Source of the DNA: Fimicolochytrium jonesii
Lineage: Eukaryota
Assembly: GCF_025526975.1 (NCBI RefSeq)
Contig: NW_026515677.1
Coordinates: 682,001-746,000 of the forward strand
Reading direction: 5' to 3'
DNA length: 64,000 nucleotides
The position numbers were made by a program, and so were the translations under genes. Positions 52,360-64,000 of the stretch are shown here, piece by piece. Each line of letters begins with the position of its first letter. The stretch's first letter is position 1. Below the pieces are notes generated by a model, which saw only the letters and a list, made by a program, of their open reading frames with translations, did not search any database and was not told the DNA's origin.

Positions 52360-53950
52360 CTACGCCTCGTCTCTCGTCCCCCTTTCACTCCCCCGCCGCG
52401 GCATGGGCGGCGTCGCATCAACACCACCCCCCTTCTCCTCATCACTACTCCCATCGTGCAGAAACTCCGATTTGCGCGTCTGTCGGCTGATATTGGCCGT
52501 GCCCGTGCCGGCCGTCTCGCTACCTCTCGTTCGACAACCCGTCTCGCTGGTGCGGTAGGATTTGTCTTCTATTTCGTTTTTCCGTAAACTACACGACAAC
52601 CAAAAAAAAAAAGACATACCACCCCATTACTACTGCGCCCGAACGGGAACGAGGACTTCTTGATGTGCCGCACATGACATACCCATAACACATTATCGCA
52701 AAAACAGGCGTCAACAACGTCGGGAGGATGAGGATCCAACAGCTGCCGACGATGATCGAGTACGGCAGGAAAGATTGGATCTCGATGCGGTACAGCCCGA
52801 ATGTGCATAATGTGACGCAGTAGGCGACGTCCAGCATGAAGAGGGCTGTGAGGGTTACGATCGTCTGGATGGGGATATAACAAAGAAGAAGGGGTGGTTT
52901 CGGGTCAAAGTCAGGTGTAAATGGAAGAACGTGAGGTGGATGAATCCAAGCTTGCTTACAGTAACAATCGACCGCCTAAACTTGGCCTCATTCGCATTCT
53001 TCACGGTATCCCTATGCGAGTTCGTCATGCTCGTCATTACGCGCTCGGTCTCCAGCAGCGCCATCATCAGCTGCCCGCCGAAATACACAAGCACTATCCC
53101 GATAAGGACCAGAGAGACCGTCCACGAGAAGCAGAACAGGCGGAAGAACGCCCATGCCCTGTCTGGGCGCAGGGTGTCGCGCGAGTGCCCGTCGAGGGTC
53201 GCGGCGGTGGGGATGATGATGGTTGGCAAGCCGACGAGGAGGATGAGTATCCAGTTGAGGACTTGGGGGGAGGGGAGGCGGACTCGGACGGTGATGTTGC
53301 CGACGAGGCGTTGCCGGGGGATGGCGAAGACTCTGGGTGGTTTGTGAGGAGGATTTTAACACCTAGTCCTCCGAGTTGTTCTGCCAATAAGATTTCACAC
53401 GTACATGCCGACTGTGAAAACTACAACTGCATCATAGAAAAGCACGAAGGAAAAAACTTGCTGCCAGGAAACCATTCAATGCCGCCTATGTGTAAATGGG
53501 AACTCCGCAGAAAGTCCAACGATCCAAATCACTTACAAAAAACTCAGTAGCAGCCTCACTCCCAAACCCCGTCGGCGACAGACATATCACCGTCGAATAC
53601 ATCGCCCTGCCAAATATCCCAACCGTCGCAACGACCAAGAACCCCTCGACAGCACGCGGGCGCAGCGCCCCGCCGGAGAACTCAAGGATCCGGTGGCCCT
53701 TTCTCCACAGCGGGACCACTTTGCCGTTGCAGGCCCACAAACCCATCGCGGCGAGGATGAAGCACCAGACGGAGTGGATGGCATAGATCGCTTGCCAAAT
53801 TTCAGCATTTTTACTAGAGACAGGGAGATAATGATCTTGCGGATTAATGTGCGAGTTCCTCATGCAATTAATCGAATAGGTCCCCTTACCAATCTCGGAT
53901 GTGCACGCGCCATTCACACCAGTCGGAGTTGAACCACTGTGAGGGTCCAT
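52360..53950 (-). CDS. Predicted seven-transmembrane (GPCR-like topology) protein, multi-exon
   Basis: About 7 hydrophobic segments over 4-5 exons, a long basic loop before the sixth helix, and a charged C-terminal tail. Confidence 0.6.
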
Positions 53951-55774
53951 AACGTTAGGCATCTGCGAAACCCTGAGAACATAAATGGAGGTCGGCAGCG
54001 GTTTCAAGTTACCCCTTCTATGATCTCTGCCTGCCGTTGAGCTAACGTGTCCTGCATCCTGGACAATCAATGCGTACGCGATATATGACAAGATCCTACA
54101 AAATGAGGGCGGGGAGCCGAATATCTCTCAAGTATGTTTCCCCCCAACCGGTGAAATTCTGTCCAACAAATAGGCGGCCGGCGAGAGTTCCGGTTGCAAC
54201 TGTTGGTAATGCTGGGCCGTCCAGCCTCGAGCTAAAGTCAGGATGGTCTGGATGGTGCGCAACTTGGGTTGTTGACGGTCGGTGACGTGATAAAGGCCCC
54301 GTTACAAGCTCCGAACAAAGGAGTTTTAAGCGCTTTGAGTAGCTTTGAGGAATTCGTTCCGAGATTGCGGCACGGTGCTGTTGGGAAGATGCTGTCTATT
54401 TTCGGGAAGGTTTGAAAGGCAGTTTGAAAGGTTTAAAGACCGCAATAACGCAGCCACCTGCGTGACTCCTCTGAATTCATGGGGTCAAGGCAATCCACTG
54501 CGACCGCATAGCAACGGAAAGCCCGTCAAAAGGTGAATTGGAAAGGGAGACGTGGATCTTGATGAGGGGGGGATCTCGAGGAATGACACCGTGGGTGGAC
54601 CCCAATACATGTGCGCTGATGGACTGGGAGGAGGACATGTTGAGATAATACGCGGAAGAGACGAGTTGTACGACGGTAGGCGAGGATAGCCCGTTCCGTC
54701 TTGGCGAGTCGCTTGGATGTGCCCGTTCATTGGGTTACATTCCTTCGACAACTCCGCACGTCGGGCAACTTATCACGACGTTCAAGAGCCGCTTGACATG
54801 ATTGGCGACGATGATAACCGCTCAGCATGCACCTAAATTCTGTCCCTGCGCTCGCATGCAGGTGCATGCTCGGCAGAGTCTGCCGTCACATACCGGAGGG
54901 TTGATCGGGATGTCATTGAGGTGGAAGGTATATTGGCGCGTGGATATGACAGCTTTGAGTGGGCGGAGGGAAGACTTTGAACAGGAGATGAACGGGGACA
55001 AAGGATAGTTGAAGTTAAAGACGACGTTAACCAATGCCGAGTGCGAACAAACCGGTGTGGCTAGGGTGCAGTTTCGATAGTGTGTTGTCCGGCAGCACGC
55101 TCCCGACGAAAGCGGCGACTCATGAAGAGGGATGGACGAGAGACGCACTTGCTCCGCAGACAACAGCGCATCGCTCAAACCATTATACGGAACAAGGGTG
55201 GATGAGTCGGCCACTCCACGTATATTTGGCCAACGTATAGGGTGCCGGGCAACACCAACCATCCGGCGCAACGAGGATGTTGGCGCTCTCGATTCTAGCC
55301 ATTTTTGCAGCGCTTTTCTCCATATAAGCTTTTGGAGTCTGGATCCTCTCAGCTCGTTCAGGTTTCTTATGGATTGTTCGTCACCGATGTTATAGGGGTC
55401 ACTTCCTGTAGGATTTGCACGCGTTCATGTGGCTATGAGAGAAACGGCGGCGCCACATACCGCGCAAATAAGGCCATTTCCCACGGGCTTTCGCAAGACG
55501 TCAAAACAACAAGCAACAGGCCTTTCCCCGCCGCACTCATCTCACCGTCTTTCCCATCATCAAAAGGCATATCGCTCCGTGAGAGACTCCTATCCCCGTC
55601 TGTCAAGCGATACGTTAGCAGGTATGTCTCATCAATGTTGGCATCTTCCCACGCTCCGGCAATCTCATCTCGTGTTTGGTCGCTGCTGTCTAACCGTTTG
55701 CCCCCTACTTACGCCTATCCCATTTCTCCATCGACAGTTTTCAGACCTAGAAGGGAACGCAAGAGTCGGTTGAA

Positions 55775-58134
<2,360 letters not shown>

Positions 58135-58709
58135 ATGTTGGTGTGTTTGTGGAACAGGGAGACGGACAGACGGCAGTTGTTGTGGTGGCTTGCTGGGTGG
58201 GTGGAAATGAGAAAGGTTTTTGCAGCAGCCCCGTGGATTACATGAAAGAACCCCATCACGTTCCTTTTCCTTTCTATGCATTGCAAAGCTTTGAGTTCTG
58301 TGGAACCTTCTTAAATCTGTGTGTAGTTTTTCCAATACACTTATTTTTTGTTTTGATCCTTCAAGATGTGAAGCATACTTCAATTCTCCTACACGTTCTC
58401 GATAGTACCGATATGACCCTGGAAGAGGCCATTTCAGGAAAGGGGATGAGGGACGCGATTCACGGACTGACAGGAGGAAGGACAGGAGGAAGGAGCCGCA
58501 AGCCCCAGAAGCCTCGTCCCTCGAAAGCCCTTCCTCATCTTGCGGGTCCCTGCACTCACTCAGCCCTGCCACTTTCTTTCTCACTCCAGCGAGCAGCCGC
58601 AACCGGCATAAAAGCAGCACAGCACAAGCCACTGCAGACGTTGTCTTCCATCTTCCCATCTCCATACCTCGTGATCTCCTCTCCATTTACCAACCATCGA
58701 CCATCAAAG

Positions 58710-59926
58710 ATGTCCCCATCAAAACTCACCACCACCACCAACCTCACCCCAGTCCCCACCTCCCGCGTCCTCTCCCTCCTCCCCACCTCCCTCGGCAACA
58801 CCATCGCCTGGTCCTCCGATCTCCTCACCTCGGGCGCCCTTCTTGTCGTCGGGAAGTTGTTGCCCGCGCTGCCGAAGAATGAGACGGATATGACGGGGAA
58901 GGTTGTTGTCGTTACGGGGGGGAATAGCGGTATGTGGTTCAGATAAAGCTTCATCAATGAGTTGAGATGAAGTCCGGATCGACTGGATGATTGATTCCGC
59001 GATGTGTAGGAATCGGACTCCAGATCGCGACCGACCTCGCCCGCCTCGGCGCAACCGTCATCCTCGCCTGCCGCAACCTCTCCAAAGCCGCCACCGCCAT
59101 CGACCAAATCCTCTCCCTTGTCCCCACCGCCAAAGGCCGGGTCAGCGCACGCGAGCTCGACACTTCCCTCAAATCCTCCGTGCAGAACTTTGTAAAGCAA
59201 TGGGACCTGGGGAAAATCGACGTACTGGTCAACAACGCCGGGATCGCCTCCTCTGACGCCGAGTTCACGAAAGAAGGGTTGGAAACAATGTACGCGACCA
59301 ACTTCCTCGGCTCGTTCCTACTCACCTTTTTGTTGGACGCCCACCTGGCCCCCGACGCCCGCGTGGTGTTCACATCTAGCACGGGGCAGTACGGCGGCTC
59401 ATTCGCCCCCGATTTCGCATTACAGTCCACCCCCAACGTCGCGGAACCGGGCTTCCACCACCCGAAATTCACACTCCCCGTCGTCGGCACCGTTGTCGCC
59501 AGGAAGGCGCCGGAGACGAGGTACTCGAACACGAAGCTGATGCAGGTCGTGTTTGCTAAACTTCTCCAGAGACGATACGACGCCGCTTTCGCCAAGGATA
59601 AGAATGCGGGCAAACGTACAGCCCACGCGTTCACCCCCGGGTTTACCTTCACACCCATTTTCTCCAAGGTCACAAAAACCAGTATCTTCACCGACCCGCT
59701 GTTCGAGACGCTGAAGGCTACCACGCGCCTTGCGACGGATGTCAGTGTGGGTGCGGCTACCGGAGTGTGGTTGGCGAGTACGCGGGATGAGAGTGTGTGG
59801 GGTGAGGGGGGAGGGTATTGGGATCGAATGACCAGGCGCGTGAGTGGGGCGGATGTGATGCCGGAGGAGACGTTGGAGAAATTTTGGAGCAGGTGGGCTA
59901 GTGATGCGGGGGTGGAGTGGCGGTAG
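58710..59926 (+). CDS. Short-chain dehydrogenase/reductase (retinol dehydrogenase-like)
   Basis: VVTGGNSG|IG, VLVNNAGI and catalytic YSNTK, with one intron. Confidence 0.9.
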
Positions 59927-60646
59927 GGGACGTGCGGGGGGAGTGGGTTTTGGCTACTATAGTCTACTTTAGTCACTTTTCAGTGCGTGGTGTATTACCG
60001 CCCCCGTCGTTACCTCGTATTTTCTACATATCTTCCAATACATGTGCATTGAACGAATATGCAGCGCGCTGGGAACATGGCCTTGAATCTCTCACGTTTA
60101 AAGTGAGGAGTGAGGAGTTGTCATTAGGCCTTTCCAACAGGCATTTGCACGGACCCCTCGGTGCCGGAAACCCCGCGACACTGCACATCGCGTCCCTCCA
60201 TTGCCTCGGACGACACTGCTGATGCACCGGTTTGGGTGTCATGAGTTCCGGTCTTCATCGAAGCCGTGATAGACTGGAGTGAAGTAAGCAACAGCCAAAA
60301 CAAACACTACCAGGATTGATGAGAACGCGGTCCTTGAGGAAAAGGCAGTTCATTGATTGGAATATTTGCGACAGAGCCTACCCCACGTACCCGCCATACA
60401 TGTAGTAAGGTTGTGTTGAGCTAGGTCCGCATTGAAAAAAAGGAAAGAAGGTGGAGGAGGTTTTGACGGGTATGAGTCATCTGACGCGTTACGTGAGCTC
60501 AATTGAGGCCCCAGTTTCGCGGTTTCCGTTCGCTTCTGGAAACACGGATTCCTCGAGCGCATAAAAAGGCTGCGAACCCCATGCTATCCCCCCATTAACA
60601 AACAACAGACAACTTAGATTAGAGGCAGCGAGCTACGGTAGCCATT

Positions 60647-60982
60647 ATGGACATTGACCTCCTCAACATCTATGTCGCCGACAAGCGCCTCCGCCGCCAA
60701 GTCCACCCCACCGAAGACCTCTTCATCTGGAACTATACGGAGATAACGCAGCTGCAGAAGCTCTGGGACCCCATAACCACCCAATGCCGTGCGCTAGTCA
60801 CCAACACCGACGGAACGATCATCGCGCGCTCGTTCCCCAAATTCTTCAACGAGAACGAACAACTCTACGAAGCCACGGAGGAGTTCACGGTCCAGGAAAA
60901 GGTGGACGGAAGTCTGGGGATACTGTTCCACTACCGTGATCGCTGGATCATGGCGAGTCGAGGGAGCTTTACGAGTCCGCAG
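60647..60982 (+). pseudogene. T4 Rnl1/RnlA-type RNA ligase, N-terminal part only (truncated or interrupted)
   Basis: WNYT..TQ....WD.IT.QCRAL...IIARSFPKFFN.NE, motif I EKVDGS and ASRGSF. Similarity ends at about 60982, just before repeat-like DNA. Confidence 0.75.
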
Positions 60983-61500
60983 GTGGCTGGTTTTACGAGT
61001 CAGACGGTGTGTCGGTATCCGAGACGGCCATTTGGGGCTGGGGGTGAAGGTGAGCTGTGCGGATTGCTAAGGGTGGTTGGGGACGCCTGACTGTTATGAT
61101 CTCGATGACAGAGGCGGAAGCGAAGAAGAGAAGACAGAGCGAGAGTGATAGGCGACAAGAGATTGTATTGGCGAACAAGAAACAAGGACTAGAACAGGAG
61201 ATGAGAAGAACTGGTGTTGATCTGCTGGGGAGGAAGGGAATGGACAAAGAGAGGCCGGCTATTTATAGATAGACAACCCAGCAGATCAAAGAACAACAAC
61301 AACAAGAGGGGACTGGGGGGGCGTCAGCTAGACTCCTAGAGCGGGCGTGGCGAGCGTAGAGAGCATTGCTATAGCTGCTGGCTATGGAGAAGTAGTGGGG
61401 GCTGTGGAGAAGCCGTGGGGGGATTAGCCAAATGAGAGGAGAGAGGAGGAGTGGCGATATTGCGGGAGGATTGGCAAAATGAGAGGAGAGAGGGGAGTGG

Positions 61501-61553
61501 CATTGACATTGACACTGACCTTGACACTGACATTGACACTGACATTGACATTG
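61501..61553. repeat. Hexamer repeat (CAYTGA)n, about 9 units
   Basis: Directly visible. Confidence 0.85.
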
Positions 61554-61615
61554 GTGTATGACATTGGCGGCTGTCAGTCTGCTGTCATGAGGTAAGCTTA
61601 TGGTATGGGCGCGTC

Positions 61616-61898
61616 TGTAACGTCAGAGGAAACGTAGGCGATATTGGGCCCTTCCGAGAGGGCTGAAAGCAGTGTATTGTAGTGAAGAAAAAAGTAAGAA
61701 GCTCTTCGCAGCGGCCGCTCAACTGATAGCTTTATATATGGGCTGCCAGTGGGGCTTGCGTGCCTTCAGTGGGGCTTGGCGCCTTATGTAATGTATCACC
61801 GAGAGCTTGGGTGGCCAGCCCAGGTCTCGGATCAAGTAGAAGTAAAGAGATATAATATGAAATACAAGTGAAGATGAGATATCCCCAACACCTCCCTC
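61616..61898 (-). mobile_element. Putative 3' LTR with polypurine tract of an oppositely oriented LTR retroelement
   Basis: On the minus strand, purine tract GAGGGAGG is immediately followed by TGTTGGGG (61890), then TATATAAA (about 61735), ending ...TTACA (61616). The left boundary is uncertain. Confidence 0.5.
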
Positions 61899-62543
61899 AG
61901 ATCCTGAGGAGGGCGCCGAATAAATAAGAGGTGAACTACGAGGGATATGTGAAGAAAGGGAGAGCTCATGTTCATTTTAAAGTGTTGACGCACTTGTTCA
62001 TTTTATAGTGTTGACGCACTGTGTGATGTGTGTGTTTGAGGCAAAGGCGTCCCTAAGCCGATGTCGTGTGTGATGTGTGTGTGTAAGGTCGGTTCTTGCG
62101 TCGCCGCGCGTGATGTGATGTAGTTTACGTCGCTATTGTCAGCGGTGTGATTGATAGTGAGCGGTTCTTGCGGCGTCGCGCATGTGATGTGATATGAGAT
62201 GCTCTATGCTGTTCGTCTCCGTATCCACAAAGATTGTGGATGAGCTTTTCGCCATCGTTTGTAGGCAGGTGTGTAGCGAAGTGCGGATTCACGTTCCCAA
62301 GTAGGGTCAGGATAACCGAGCCATTTGTAATGAGGTGCTGCAGGTGTCACCTTAGTGCGGGGAAGCGCGTAGGGCATGAGATCACGTGTAGCATAGATTA
62401 TATTCGGGTTCTACGCTCTGGGGTGACTCCCGAGGGAAGAAAAGCCTTCGGGCGGCGCCCCGGGAGGTAGAAACTCTAGAATTCTTTCAATACATCAAGC
62501 GGAGACAGAGCTAGCCTCTGGCAACGGACCTAGCAATATTACA

Positions 62544-62553
62544 TGGTAGCACC
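62544..62553 (+). promoter_or_regulatory. Primer binding site (TGGTAGCACC), probably for initiator tRNA-Met
   Basis: Directly abuts the LTR-terminal CA and is one mismatch from the yeast iMet-type PBS TGGTAGCGCC. Confidence 0.65.
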
Positions 62554-62582
62554 ACCCTTCAAGATCTCTCCGGCAACCTACG

Positions 62583-64000
62583 ATGAGCAATTCTCAGGCG
62601 GGTGCTAATACCGCCGTCAGCTATGCGATAGTTAACAATGACCGCTTAGAGCTTGACCCATTTGAACACCCGCATCAAAGGGTGCAACGGCTCGACGGAG
62701 ACCAACCCCATGGCAACGGCCCCGCAGAGCGTAACCGCCCCTTGCACAGGCGCAGGGGGTCACCTCCGTGGTCGCCACCTGAAAGGAGGCACTCCCGCTC
62801 ACGCTCACCCCGTCGACGTCAAAGGCCGGACCCCCGACGCCGGAATCGGACGCCAGAGCAATACAGGCGCGGACGACAAGGTCGCAGGAGCATCTCCCCA
62901 CCCCGTCGAAGGAGCCGCTCAGCAAGCCGCTACGGCAGCCCCCCGGCGAGGACCCGAAGCCGCTCCCCCATGCGGCGCAGGAGCCGTACCCCAGCCCGAC
63001 AGGAGAACGGACAGGCAACAATCCTCCAAATCCTAGCCCAGCTGGCCAACACCAACGCCCCACTCCAGCAGCGATTCGAGCGCCTGGAGAGGGACCGCCC
63101 AGATGACAGCCCCTTCGCTGGCGTACGAGTTAGCCGCGAGGACCATTTGGCGGCTAGCGAAGAGCGTAAGCGCAAGGCGGCCGCCGAGAAGGAGTTCCGT
63201 ACCACCTTGGCTAAGATGCTGACCAAGTTCGATGGTAAGGCTAACGGTAAAGACATGGTCGCCAAACTGGACGAGTTTGTCGACGCCCACCTACGCTATC
63301 TGGAAGCCACCGAATTCAGAACGGAGGACGGGGACGTGAAACACTTTGTAGCCCACTTGTCGGCAGACGCCGCTGAGTGGTGGAAGCTCGAGGCTCGCTC
63401 CGGAGAGCCTCCGCCACCCGGGAACGGTTCCTGAAGGCACTCAGGTGCAGGTTCTACCCCGCCAACCTCCGTAATTCGGTCGAGGCGAAACTGGCCGCCC
63501 TGAAGTTCAAAGACAGCATGCCAGACTACGTTTGGGCCTTCAACGCACTGACCACACAGATTGCTATCCTCCCCAAAAAGTAACATCTCATGCCGCGACA
63601 GGAATGTGAGTACTTCCTGAACGGGCTGACCTTCCACCAGGTCGGACGTCGCATCCGTGAGCAGTGGTTACCAGTTCATCCTACAACAGGGCAATGAGGA
63701 CGAAGACATCCCCATCAAGACCCTCCAGGAAGCCGCCCAGAGGGCCTTCCGCATCAGGGGTTATGCCGACGGGATCGCCCGCATTTTGGAAGACGGCAAA
63801 CAGATCCAACCCGCTACGGCCACTCCGGCCCAGGCTCGCGACAAGCGCGATACGCCCCGCACCTTCAACTCCAACCGAGTACCCCTTGGGAAGGAGAGGA
63901 AAACTCAGCGAGGCGAATGTCACACTTGCGGCAGCAAGGACCACTACGCCCGAGCGTGCCCTAAGAACCCGGACCGACTCAAGATCTCGGCGGGGCCCAA
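62583..64000 (+). pseudogene. Retrotransposon gag, disrupted
   Basis: Arg/Ser-rich N-terminus, capsid-like segment (KFDGK...AAEWW...FLKALRCRF) and zinc knuckle CHTCGSKDHYARAC at 63918-63959. There is a frameshift near 63410 and a stop at 63581. Confidence 0.8.

Larger units (their letters stand above)
62326..64000 (+). mobile_element. Ty3/gypsy-like LTR retrotransposon, 5' part
   Basis: LTR 62326-62543 is bounded by TGTAAT...ATTACA, followed by a primer binding site and a gag-like region. Confidence 0.8.

Noticed and set aside
60481..60530. CTGACGCGT and reverse AAACCGCGAAACTG upstream of the RNA ligase, resembling halves of the array box
   Set aside because: The halves are separated and in opposite orientation, and a single occurrence is compatible with chance or an ordinary MCB/SCB site.

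Overview
This is eukaryotic, intron-rich fungal DNA with short GT-AG introns. It is most consistent with a zoosporic (chytrid-type) fungus, inferred mainly from a full Rod/KNTC1 gene. The window holds about 19 protein-coding loci: JSN1/PUF-RRM, enoyl-CoA hydratase, a DUF5808-like protein, LCP5/neuroguidin, a C2H2 protein, MRM2, DPH4, an EF-hand protein, a bHLH factor, a Spo12-family protein, a Cdc123-like ATP-grasp protein, an RNF121-like protein, an MFS transporter, two orphans, KNTC1/Rod, a 7TM protein, GFA1 and an SDR. It also contains a tRNA-Ser(AGA), a decayed Mutator-like element, and a T4-Rnl1-type RNA ligase truncated by a cluster of LTR retroelement sequence at the right end. The best unexplained signals are: (1) a 2-kb non-coding array at about 5.97-8.0 kb with 11 co-oriented copies of a 20-nt box (AAAACGCGAAACTGACGCGT) at roughly nucleosome spacing between diverged spacers; (2) a window-wide alternation of C-rich and G-rich blocks that flips synonymous codon choice in mid-exon; (3) a highly structured, oversized intron in LCP5 that may host an ncRNA. 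All family assignments come from motif recognition by eye, not from database searches. Exon boundaries are approximate.
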